64,000 bases of DNA, taken from the IMG/VR virus record IMGVR_UViG_3300044537_000257, positions 1 to 64,000 of that record, one strand, 5' to 3'. A program made the position numbers and the translations under genes. Positions 8,433 through 16,564 of this stretch are shown piece after piece. The first letter of the stretch is position 1, and the number at the start of each line of letters is the position of its first letter. The DNA comes from a virus. Taxonomy: Duplodnaviria > Caudoviricetes. The notes under the pieces are model-generated. The model saw only the letters and a list, made by a program, of their open reading frames with translations, ran no database searches and was not told the origin of the DNA.

Positions 8433-9284
8433 TTGGCACAGCGAAGAATGTTTAGCAAGAAAATAACTGATACTGACTCATTTATGGAGTTGCCTCTGTC
8501 GTCACAGGCACTGTATTTCCACTTAAACATGCATGCTGATGATGATGGCTTTATATCTAATGCTAAGACGATTATACGTATGACCGGAGCCAGCACTGAT
8601 GATTTTAAATTATTAATAGCAAAGCAGTTCATCATCACATTTGAAACTGGGGTCATCGTGATTAAGGACTGGCGCATCCATAATTATATTCGTAGCGATC
8701 GCTATACAAAGACAGTCTATAGCGACGAAAAAGGGCAATTAGCGACCGACGAGAATGGCCGTTATATCAAGGATAAGCTGGCTGTGTCTACCAATGGTAT
8801 ACCAGATGTCATACCAGATGGATACCAAATGGATACACAGGTTAGGTTAGAGTTAGGTAAGGGTAGGTTAGGTAAGGACAGAGATAATATAAAACCTTCT
8901 CGTAAAGCACGCAAGCGTGTTTACCAGTCAGGCGAAATTGAATTTGAATTAGCCGACTATTTATTTCAAGCGATTAAAGGAAACAACCCCGAAGCAAAAC
9001 AACCGAACATGCAAACCTGGTCTAATGATATCCGCTTAATGATTGAACGTGATAAGCGGACACCAACACAAATTAGAAACATGATTGATTGGTGCCAGTC
9101 TGACTCGTTTTGGATGACTAATATCTTATCGCCGAAAAAACTACGCGAAAAATACGACCAGATGAAAGTCAAGGCACTGAAGCAACAGCAACCAGATAAA
9201 GCGGCGGTGCCACCGTTGCCGGCAAATACGCCAACAATTCCAATGTATGACTGGGCAACTGGAGGTGACGACAATGGAGCTTAA
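8433..9284 (+). CDS. Replication initiator (replisome organizer N-terminal domain)
   Basis: MAQRRMFSKKITDTDSFMELPLSSQALYFHLNMHADDDGFI; internal iterons. Confidence 0.9.
   Translation: MAQRRMFSKKITDTDSFMELPLSSQALYFHLNMHADDDGFISNAKTIIRMTGASTDDFKLLIAKQFIITFETGVIVIKDWRIHNYIRSDRYTKTVYSDEKGQLATDENGRYIKDKLAVSTNGIPDVIPDGYQMDTQVRLELGKGRLGKDRDNIKPSRKARKRVYQSGEIEFELADYLFQAIKGNNPEAKQPNMQTWSNDIRLMIERDKRTPTQIRNMIDWCQSDSFWMTNILSPKKLREKYDQMKVKALKQQQPDKAAVPPLPANTPTIPMYDWATGGDDNGA
8799..8877 (+). repeat. Iterons / replication origin A inside the initiator gene
   Basis: ATACCAGATG at 8799 and 8811, ATACCAAATG at 8822, then GTTAGGT repeats at 8841-8877. Confidence 0.65.
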
Positions 9285-10014
9285 CAATATTGGTCAACTG
9301 TCACAAGTCAGTCAAGACGGGATGGATATTATGGTCCATTTAAAGCAGCCATTTAACGCTTCTCTGGCTTATACATTATCTGGTGGAGTTACACCCACAA
9401 TTGCACTTAAAGTAGCTGATAACCGCATTATTTCGCCAGAACAGCGAGCTAAGGCGTGGATACTCATTAATGAGATTGCAAAATGGCAAGGAGACCGCAA
9501 TAATTCGCCTGATGTTGAACAGTCCATGAAGCAATTAGCAATGTCTGAACATGCTGAAATCACTGAGCACTTTAGTCTGAGCGACTGTAGCGTAACCGTC
9601 GCTTGCTTGTTCATCGAAACACTGTTAACGTTCTGCTTTGAAAATGACGTGCCGTTTGCATCAAAAGTCTGGGATGCGATCAGTAATGACTATTTTGCGC
9701 AAAAGAAGTGTCTGGAACACCGTGAGTGCGTCATTTGCCGCCGCCACGCACAATATGCACACGTTGAGACTGTAGGCATGGGAATGAGTCGAAAAAAAAT
9801 CGATCATAGCAAGCACCGCTTTATGGCACTGTGTGCGGTGCATCACTCTGAACAGCATACGATCGGAATCAATACGTTTATTGCTAAGTACCATATTAGG
9901 CCAATCAGCTTAAATTTTGATGAACTGGTTAAGCTAGGCATCATGCAAAGGGGTACCGCTTATTATTTCAAGGAACAGGAGGCGGTGCAGCATGAAACTG
10001 ACCGGCATCAATAG
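9274..10014 (+). CDS. Putative HNHc nuclease
   Basis: CVICRRHAQYAHVETVGMGMSR...MALCAVHHSEQH. Confidence 0.8.
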   Translation: MELNNIGQLSQVSQDGMDIMVHLKQPFNASLAYTLSGGVTPTIALKVADNRIISPEQRAKAWILINEIAKWQGDRNNSPDVEQSMKQLAMSEHAEITEHFSLSDCSVTVACLFIETLLTFCFENDVPFASKVWDAISNDYFAQKKCLEHRECVICRRHAQYAHVETVGMGMSRKKIDHSKHRFMALCAVHHSEQHTIGINTFIAKYHIRPISLNFDELVKLGIMQRGTAYYFKEQEAVQHETDRHQ

Positions 10015-10378
10015 TCATAAAAGTTACGGTTATTTCCGTGATAAGTGTGAAGCAAATGCTTGGTTGGTTGAGCACTATGACCATCCGTTGCCGACGCGAG
10101 TTTATAAAACGATTCATGGACCGCGACGGGCTCTATTACCCGAACCAATAGCGACAGGCGCTAACTTAGCGCCACATGATATCTGCTATTGGCTCAGCAA
10201 ATTGATTGATGAATATGGCAGTGTCTTTCTGGCGCCAGACAACCATCCGTACTTGCAGTTGATTAGGGTCAAAGCAGGCTTTAATCGTATCCGACAGCAC
10301 CCGTATAAAGAACGTGGCGTGTATAAAGGATGGTCGGCCCGCGTAGCGGAGAGGGTGGGCAAACATGAGGCATGTTGA
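9992..10378 (+). CDS. Hypothetical phage protein
   Basis: ORF in operon, overlapping its neighbours. Confidence 0.55.
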   Translation: MKLTGINSHKSYGYFRDKCEANAWLVEHYDHPLPTRVYKTIHGPRRALLPEPIATGANLAPHDICYWLSKLIDEYGSVFLAPDNHPYLQLIRVKAGFNRIRQHPYKERGVYKGWSARVAERVGKHEAC

Positions 10379-10580
10379 GATCAAATTAGTGTGTTTATTT
10401 GACGGATTAGTTAAGACTAAACACATCGAAATACATCTGCCTGAGAGCGAATATATTGGATTTGATGGGGATGTGTTTCGGATTGGACAAATGTATACGG
10501 TGGAGCGTTGGCGGGTGCTTAAAGCGCACATTATTGATCATGGCGTTATTGGAAAGGTGAGAAAGCTCAGTGAAGCGTAA
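10365..10580 (+). CDS. Hypothetical phage protein
   Basis: 71 aa ORF in operon. Confidence 0.5.
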   Translation: MRHVEIKLVCLFDGLVKTKHIEIHLPESEYIGFDGDVFRIGQMYTVERWRVLKAHIIDHGVIGKVRKLSEA

Positions 10581-10716
10581 AGGAAAGAAAAAATCAGTAA
10601 TCAAGAAGAAAAAGCGACGTATGGAGGCTAAGCGGCGCGAAAATGAACAGCCAGTTCCAGAGCTGTCACCGTTTGAAAAATCGCTGTATCGCGCAACCCA
10701 CACAACTTTAGAATGA
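10570..10716 (+). CDS. Small basic protein (48 aa, not in ORF track)
   Basis: GTG start, MKRKGKKKSVIKKKKRRMEAKRR...; fills the gap to the next RBS. Confidence 0.45.
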   Translation: MKRKGKKKSVIKKKKRRMEAKRRENEQPVPELSPFEKSLYRATHTTLE

Positions 10717-10726
10717 GGTGTTATTG

Positions 10727-11152
10727 ATGTCGAAAAAGCTGGAATTGAATATTAAATTATCCGAACTCGCTAATGGCGGCGCACAAGAAAAATTTAATCA
10801 CGAACTAAAACGGATTGCGGAAAACATTCTTGATCCTAACACGGACGCAAACAAGAAACGTAAAATCACGTTAACGACAACGTTTACGCCCAACGATGAT
10901 CGTAGCATTGTCACCATTGCCATTGATGTTAAGTCAACACTAGCGCCGGAGGTTGCTATTAATACGCTGATGATGGTTGGACGCAACAACAAGGGTCGAG
11001 TTGAGGCAAACGAGCTTAAATCGGGAACACCAGGTCAAACCTATTTTGATCCGGAGGACTCGACGCTAAAGGATGATAAAGGTGAGCCGGTCGATCAGGT
11101 TGAACAAAAAGCAAATAATGTTGTTGATCTGCAAGCCAAAAATAAAGCCTAG
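10727..11152 (+). CDS. Conserved phage protein, YfdP-like (often mis-annotated replication terminator)
   Basis: NGGAQEKFNHELKRIAENILDPNTDANKKRKITLT. Confidence 0.6.
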   Translation: MSKKLELNIKLSELANGGAQEKFNHELKRIAENILDPNTDANKKRKITLTTTFTPNDDRSIVTIAIDVKSTLAPEVAINTLMMVGRNNKGRVEANELKSGTPGQTYFDPEDSTLKDDKGEPVDQVEQKANNVVDLQAKNKA

Positions 11153-11164
11153 GAGGCCACGAAC

Positions 11165-11908
11165 ATGATTGAAAAAGCAGCATTGGAATATTTATCTGAG
11201 TTAGCGCAGGAAGCTGCCAGTAAGAAAATCATTAAGACTGAAGATGGTATCGAATACGGCATTGATGGGCAAGGCGATTTAACTCAATTACGACCGGCTA
11301 ACGGTGTCCGCAATGCACTGACCTTACACACATTATCTGGTGTAGTTGACTACGTTAAGAATAATGCTGAGCGCCAAACAGCTAGACTAATTTTGCACAT
11401 CGTTAACGAAACACACGTTGAATTACTTAACAGTTTAGATCAATACGATAACCGCGAAACATTAATTAAGTCTGATGCAATTGTGCCCGATATCTCTTTT
11501 GATAACTTTATCGCAGCAGAACAGTTGATCATTATTTTACAGTCACAGTTTGTTAACACATCTGACCGCGAAATTTTAATGAAAGTGCTGGGCAATTTGA
11601 AAGAAGAAAATGTTAAAAATGCGAGTGATGACGGCGTCTCTCAGGCGGTTACAGTTAAAACAGGCGTTGCCAGTGCGGGGGATGTACGTGTGCCTAACCC
11701 CGTTGAGTTACAGCCGTATCGGACGTTTGCCGAAATTGAACAACCCACCAGCAAGTTTATCTTTAGAATGCACGACGGGATGCGCGGCGCCTTAATTGAA
11801 AGTGACGGTGGCTACTGGCGCAACGATGCGATTCAGCGGATCAAAGAATACTTTGAAAAAGAGCTAAAAACTGAAATTGGTTCGAAGTATATCCGCATTA
11901 TCGCGTAA
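11165..11908 (+). CDS. Conserved phage protein, YfdQ/DUF2303-like partner
   Basis: VPNPVELQPYRTFAEIEQPTSKFIFRM...ALIESDGGYW. Confidence 0.6.
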   Translation: MIEKAALEYLSELAQEAASKKIIKTEDGIEYGIDGQGDLTQLRPANGVRNALTLHTLSGVVDYVKNNAERQTARLILHIVNETHVELLNSLDQYDNRETLIKSDAIVPDISFDNFIAAEQLIIILQSQFVNTSDREILMKVLGNLKEENVKNASDDGVSQAVTVKTGVASAGDVRVPNPVELQPYRTFAEIEQPTSKFIFRMHDGMRGALIESDGGYWRNDAIQRIKEYFEKELKTEIGSKYIRIIA

Positions 11909-11989
11909 TTAAAAGTAGTCGGGCCGTTAAGGACAAAGCTAACAATGCCTGAGCTTGCTCAAATCGGCTACTAGATGTGAGGTGAAAGC

Positions 11990-12349
11990 ATGAAAGAACG
12001 TGAATTGAAATTAATCAGACAACTTGAGGACCGTTATGGCAGTGTAATGAACGCGCCTGATGATGATCCGCGCTTGCTATTACTTAACAGGGAATTATCG
12101 GAAGACGAAGACGTTTATCTGTACCGTGTCACTGACCGTTACACGCATCGTAGTCGATATACTCAAAATATGACGGAATTAGCCAGCCTACTGAAGGTCA
12201 CCAGATCAGCAGTTTCTCAACAACTTAAAGTTGGTGGACCAATCAAGAGCCGTTATGTGGTATCACGTGGTGAGTGGTCAGAGCATGATGTTGGCACCTG
12301 GATTCAGGGCAAAAAGATCAGAAAGAGGAATAAAAACAACGGAAAATAA
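11990..12349 (+). CDS. Hypothetical HTH (NUMOD1-like) protein
   Basis: MTELASLLKVTRSAVSQ helix-turn-helix. Confidence 0.55.
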   Translation: MKERELKLIRQLEDRYGSVMNAPDDDPRLLLLNRELSEDEDVYLYRVTDRYTHRSRYTQNMTELASLLKVTRSAVSQQLKVGGPIKSRYVVSRGEWSEHDVGTWIQGKKIRKRNKNNGK

Positions 12350-12378
12350 TTAAAAACAATATTTAGGAGTGATAATGA

Positions 12379-12711
12379 TTGAAAAACCTAGGTGAAACAT
12401 TGAGAACAGTACAGCATGAAAGTTTTGAAATATGGTTTAATCGTTGGTTTGAGCATAATGACTTTCCGAAAACATTTGAAACTTCGGCAAAAAAAGGATA
12501 TTCAGCATATTCAATCGATGTGACTAAGTTTGACGATTACCTTAAACGTCGGTTAAGCGACGATCGGGTGCTGAAATTGCTTAAGAAAAAGTTGCCTGGC
12601 ATAAAAATTGAACGTGAACAAGGCAGTCTTACTAGACGGAATCTATTTAATATGAAATATACGAGCAAGTATAACCGCATTATTTTTAGCTGGGATGACG
12701 AAAAAAACTAA
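12379..12711 (+). CDS. Hypothetical cassette protein 1
   Basis: 110 aa, TTG start, between motif copies 1 and 2. Confidence 0.65.
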   Translation: MKNLGETLRTVQHESFEIWFNRWFEHNDFPKTFETSAKKGYSAYSIDVTKFDDYLKRRLSDDRVLKLLKKKLPGIKIEREQGSLTRRNLFNMKYTSKYNRIIFSWDDEKN

Positions 12712-12729
12712 GTTTAAGGGAGTGAAACA

Positions 12730-13005
12730 ATGCTTTTTAAAATTAAGCAAACGTCAATGTGGGATGACACAGTGACTGATGATATTTCAAAGATATTTAA
12801 TACTAGATTGTACAGTCAGCAAGAAATGCTTGGTGATGGTAAATCGGTACAGAAAACTGTCACAGTAACAGATATCTCAAATCTAGCTACTTTGATGGCA
12901 AAGCTGGAACAATACGGTGGTGAAGTTGTTATCGCATCATCAGACTGGGGTAGGCATAAACCCGAATTACCAGTGATAGAAATTTGTGATGATTTTCGTG
13001 AATAA
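12730..13005 (+). CDS. Hypothetical cassette protein 2
   Basis: 91 aa, ends IEICDDFRE, between motif copies 2 and 3. Confidence 0.65.
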   Translation: MLFKIKQTSMWDDTVTDDISKIFNTRLYSQQEMLGDGKSVQKTVTVTDISNLATLMAKLEQYGGEVVIASSDWGRHKPELPVIEICDDFRE

Positions 13006-13030
13006 AACTAGCTTTACGGAGGTTTAGTAA

Positions 13031-13270
13031 ATGAAAACATATATTGCTTTATGTGAATACACCACTTTGATAGATAATAAGTTTGTCAAAAAAACACATT
13101 ATATTCTCAATGCAGACAGCCCTGAACAAGCCTTTGACATGGCATGGTCTGCTATTGACGAATATCAAACTGATTTTAATAAAAAGAAGGATATAGCAGA
13201 GCACATTGATGGCTGTCCCATTGCTTTATATGAGTTGGCAACAGGTATCGAATTATCATCAGATTTATAG
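13031..13270 (+). CDS. Hypothetical cassette protein 3
   Basis: 79 aa, between motif copies 3 and 4. Confidence 0.65.
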   Translation: MKTYIALCEYTTLIDNKFVKKTHYILNADSPEQAFDMAWSAIDEYQTDFNKKKDIAEHIDGCPIALYELATGIELSSDL

Positions 13271-13304
13271 ACGTTAAAAGTTAAATTTACGGAGGAAATA
13301 GATT

Positions 13305-13661
13305 ATGAGTAAAACAATGATTCGCCGCATGAATGGCTTTATTAAATATCAGCTTAAAGGTGATGAGACAAATGATATTAGCGATGGCTCTCATACCTTT
13401 GGAGAACTTTATTACCACCGCGCAGTTTTGTTCGCGGTAGTCTGTAACAGCCATTCAGATGTATCTTGGAAGTCAAAACAGCACGAAGATGGCTCTATGT
13501 TCCCGGGTTACTTCGTTGTTGGCATTCATACACCGGAAGGAGATTACTCCTATCATTATGATCTGTCGGAATGGGATATGTTTAAAGTCCCAGAATTAGG
13601 CTATGCGCCTAAATGGGACGGGCATAGGCCAAGCGATATTGATCGGCTATTGTCGCTATAA
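13305..13661 (+). CDS. WDGH-domain protein (cassette 4)
   Basis: DGSHTFGELYYHR...SWKSKQHEDG...APKWDGH. Confidence 0.75.
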   Translation: MSKTMIRRMNGFIKYQLKGDETNDISDGSHTFGELYYHRAVLFAVVCNSHSDVSWKSKQHEDGSMFPGYFVVGIHTPEGDYSYHYDLSEWDMFKVPELGYAPKWDGHRPSDIDRLLSL

Positions 13662-13688
13662 AAGCTAACTTTAGAAAGGAAGATTGAA

Positions 13689-13832
13689 ATGAAATTAACA
13701 ATCGAAGGTACACCAGATGAAATTAAAAAAGTGCTCCAAACTGTCGGTAGCAGCGAGGAGCACAAATCAGATTCAAAATTAATGACGGAAGCGGAATACG
13801 AAAAACAAGTTAGTACAAAATGTGCTCATTGA
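13689..13832 (+). CDS. Small phage protein (47 aa, not in ORF track)
   Basis: MKLTIEGTPDEIKKVLQTV..., RBS AAGGAAG. Confidence 0.55.
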   Translation: MKLTIEGTPDEIKKVLQTVGSSEEHKSDSKLMTEAEYEKQVSTKCAH

Positions 13833-14097
13833 CATATTTCCACTCTTCTTCTGTTAGCCATCCGGCGTGAGCGTTTTTAACAATTTCAGATATAAAGAAT
13901 CTGTCATTACCGTCAGTTTTCTCTTTCAATTTGTTCATCATTTCTGAAGCTGTTAGGTTGCTTCTGAGCAGATATGTTGAATCCCAGTAATGGCACCATT
14001 CTCCAGTAGAAATATCCTTTTCGATAATTTTTCTAACTTCTGTATATCTTTGTCCGGGGTTATCAAGATCGTATGTCAGCATAAAAGGCTTACTCAT
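13810..14097 (-). CDS. Cas2/VapD-like ferredoxin-fold protein (commonly annotated 'SinR family')
   Basis: FMLTYDL...WCHYWDSTYLLRS...NDRFFISEI; RBS GGAGGTG. Confidence 0.6.
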   Translation of the reverse strand: MSKPFMLTYDLDNPGQRYTEVRKIIEKDISTGEWCHYWDSTYLLRSNLTASEMMNKLKEKTDGNDRFFISEIVKNAHAGWLTEEEWKYVNEHILY

Positions 14098-14127
14098 ATT
14101 GTTTCACCTCCCTTCAGAATTTAATTA

Positions 14128-14379
14128 TATCCGAATAAGGGATAGTAGAAAATAGCAAAAGAGGTGTGCCATGTCTTATTTAAAAGAAGTACGTAGGAAA
14201 AAGCATCTTACTCAAAAAGATGCGGCCGCTCTATTAGGCTTTTCCCGCTCTCGTTTTGCACAAATTGAGGGTGGCTTTATCACTCCGTCTTACAGATTTT
14301 TATTAGCGGTAAAAAAACAGTTCGGCAAGAACGTTGATATGAACAAGTTCTTTGAATGAAGTTATCCGGATAAAGGATA
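14128..14379. promoter_or_regulatory. Paired palindromic operators TATCC-N7-GGATA flanking the HTH gene
   Basis: 14128-14144 and 14363-14379. Confidence 0.55.
14171..14359 (+). CDS. XRE-family HTH regulator (62 aa)
   Basis: LTQKDAAALLGFSRSRFAQIEGG. Confidence 0.8.
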   Translation: MSYLKEVRRKKHLTQKDAAALLGFSRSRFAQIEGGFITPSYRFLLAVKKQFGKNVDMNKFFE

Positions 14380-14400
14380 GTAAAAAGTAATTTTCAGGAG

Positions 14401-14583
14401 GTGAATAAGATGAGTCCAACACTAAAGAAGGTATTAGGCTGGTTAATTATTGCGGTTTTTGTGAGTTTAGTTGTTACACTAACTGCCACAGATGTTGGCT
14501 GGTGGGCATCTATCCTTTTCTGGGCTGTTATACCTATTATATGCGCATTACTTACGGTTGCATTGTTTTGGGTCAGTCAATGA
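14401..14583 (+). CDS. Small two-TM membrane protein
   Basis: Two hydrophobic helices; likely start at 14410. Confidence 0.6.
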   Translation: MNKMSPTLKKVLGWLIIAVFVSLVVTLTATDVGWWASILFWAVIPIICALLTVALFWVSQ

Positions 14584-14586
14584 GAG

Positions 14587-14841
14587 GTGGTGATAGCTAT
14601 GAATGTTAAGAATAAGTACAAAATTGTTTTTGCTAAAAACGGCGTGACTATGAGTACGATCGTTTGGTCAGATAAAAGCTATTCCGAGTATATTGAGTGG
14701 TTCGACTGGAGAAATATGACCAACAAAAGCTACCAGATCGGTGGATTAATGGTAGCAGCTCCGGATATGATACAGATTCTTGATGCTAAAGTGACTTCCG
14801 GTGCGGCTAATGGTGATGCTGAAAAGGCGGTACCAGCATGA
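14587..14841 (+). CDS. Hypothetical protein ending in the shared NGDAEKAVPA tail
   Basis: 84 aa ORF; 3' end shared with 48161-48307. Confidence 0.55.
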   Translation: MVIAMNVKNKYKIVFAKNGVTMSTIVWSDKSYSEYIEWFDWRNMTNKSYQIGGLMVAAPDMIQILDAKVTSGAANGDAEKAVPA

Positions 14842-14969
14842 AGTTTTTAACTAATGTTTTAACAATAATCGCTGGCATAGTGATCTGCTGGTGGTTATTC
14901 GCAATCGTTGGGATGTTCTTATTGACCGTTCTTAAGTATTTAGTCTGGTTCTGGATGGTTATCAATTAA
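14838..14969 (+). CDS. 43-aa membrane peptide (not in ORF track)
   Basis: MKFLTNVLTIIAGIVICWWLFAIVGMFLLTVLKYLVWFWMVIN; homolog at 48304-48435. Confidence 0.7.
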   Translation: MKFLTNVLTIIAGIVICWWLFAIVGMFLLTVLKYLVWFWMVIN

Positions 14970-14985
14970 GGGAGTGTATTAAGCC

Positions 14986-16008
14986 ATGGAAACAGTTAGA
15001 ATCGCACCAGTTACTGATCAGTGGTTGCAGCATGAAGCACGTAAGTTTAACCGTAAGAAAATAGAGGAGTACCTGCAGCATTCGCCCCGGTTGGCACCGG
15101 CCACCTTACAGCAGTATCGATCATGTCTGCGCATCTTTGCCAAATGGATTCATGACTATTGCGGTAATAAAAAAATTATCGATCTAAAAATTAGGGATGG
15201 CAAGGCATATCAGGATTGGCTGTTAAGTCATAATGGCTCGACCAATAACATTAAGGTCAAGTTAGCCGCGGCTTCCGAACTTTGCGAGTACATTGAAAAA
15301 TATTACGAAGAAGAATACCCAGCGTTTAGAAATCCGATCCGCAAGGGACGTGAAGCTATGGTGCAGACGCCACGCAAAGAAAAGCATCCGATCACTCCAG
15401 AAGAATTTGAGCTATTAATTAAAACGTTAGAAAAGCGCCAGGATTATCAACGTCTGTGTTACTTAGTTTTGACTTACCAGACGGCCTGCAGACGAGCGGA
15501 ATCGGCCCAATTTGAGCGCCGAATAGCAAAGTATTCAGTGGGAGACATGCATTATTATCAAGATGCACAGGGGATGAACCATAATTATTTTTTGAGTAAC
15601 TCAATTCGATGCAAGGGTGCAGGTAAGCTAGGGAAGGTGCGCGAGTTTAAAATATCGACTGATACAATGCGCTATATCCGGCGTTGGGACAAGCAGCGTC
15701 GTGAGTTAGTGAATGGATTGGAACTAGGGGATGATGCTGCAAACTTATTCGTTCATATTGATCAAAGTGGTGTCACCGATTTAACACCAGCGGCATTTGC
15801 CTATTGGTTTTCTGATGATTTTAGCAAGATTTTGGGTCGTAATGTGCACCCACACGATCTTAGAACAACACGGGCAACAGACTTGGTAGTCCGTCAGCAT
15901 AAGCCAATTGAGGCGGTTAGTGTAATGATGGGTCATAATTCGACAGAGACGACTAAAACATTTTATGTGATCGACAATCGCAAGGACAGTGATGCCACAT
16001 TAATATAA
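14986..16008 (+). CDS. Second, stand-alone tyrosine recombinase (XerC-like, no arm domain)
   Basis: SAM-like N-terminus (LAPATLQQYRSCLRIF); catalytic R (ACRRAE), HPHDLR, GHNS, Y (TKTFY). Confidence 0.9.
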   Translation: METVRIAPVTDQWLQHEARKFNRKKIEEYLQHSPRLAPATLQQYRSCLRIFAKWIHDYCGNKKIIDLKIRDGKAYQDWLLSHNGSTNNIKVKLAAASELCEYIEKYYEEEYPAFRNPIRKGREAMVQTPRKEKHPITPEEFELLIKTLEKRQDYQRLCYLVLTYQTACRRAESAQFERRIAKYSVGDMHYYQDAQGMNHNYFLSNSIRCKGAGKLGKVREFKISTDTMRYIRRWDKQRRELVNGLELGDDAANLFVHIDQSGVTDLTPAAFAYWFSDDFSKILGRNVHPHDLRTTRATDLVVRQHKPIEAVSVMMGHNSTETTKTFYVIDNRKDSDATLI

Positions 16009-16091
16009 AAAAAGCCACCATTTGCATGGCAGCTAATCTCAGCAGATTAATTATAACATGGCTGATGCAAATCGGCGAGGGGTGAAAATGA

Positions 16092-16508
16092 GTGAAAGAG
16101 CTAACTAAGGCGGCCCTTGCGTGGCTAGACGATGAGTATATGAGATACACTAAAATCAATCACGATATTGCAGTGCGGAAACTAGAAATTGAGCATCCCT
16201 GGAAGCCCAACGATGACAATATCGGTGGCGGTCGTTCCAGTGTGATCACGCGGCCGCAAGAAAGCCTGGTATTAAAATATGATCAGGATAGGGTAATTAA
16301 TCGGCTGATTCAGTTACAGCGCGAGGTGGATGCCGCCAAAAGGCATATGGACGCGGAACAGTTAAAAATTTTTGAGATGCGCTATATTGGCACCAATTAC
16401 TATGACTGGGACACAATTGGTAGTCTGTTGCATTATGCGCACACGCCCATTTATCGCAAGCGATATAAATTACTTGAATTATTGGCCGAAGAAAAGGGAA
16501 TAATCTAA
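16092..16508 (+). CDS. ArpU/RinA-family late transcription activator
   Basis: DDNIGGGRSS...RYIGTNYYDWDTIG...IYRKRYKLLELLAEEKG; last early gene. Confidence 0.8.
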   Translation: MKELTKAALAWLDDEYMRYTKINHDIAVRKLEIEHPWKPNDDNIGGGRSSVITRPQESLVLKYDQDRVINRLIQLQREVDAAKRHMDAEQLKIFEMRYIGTNYYDWDTIGSLLHYAHTPIYRKRYKLLELLAEEKGII

Positions 16509-16564
16509 GTTGGTACTAGAATCGGTAGTTGTACCACTTAAAACCTGCTAAATTAGTATTATAG

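Larger units (their letters stand above)
12351..14395 (+). repeat. Six copies of the gene-boundary motif WAAA-RBTAAN-TTTA
   Basis: Copies at 12352, 12703, 13003, 13276, 13660 and 14382, each at or just after a stop codon and just before an RBS. Confidence 0.6.

Noticed and set aside
12351-14395. CRISPR array interpretation of the boundary repeats
   Set aside because: Repeats are 14 nt and degenerate, and the spacers are whole genes; the Cas2-like and Cas4-like (DUF2800) genes have no cas operon context
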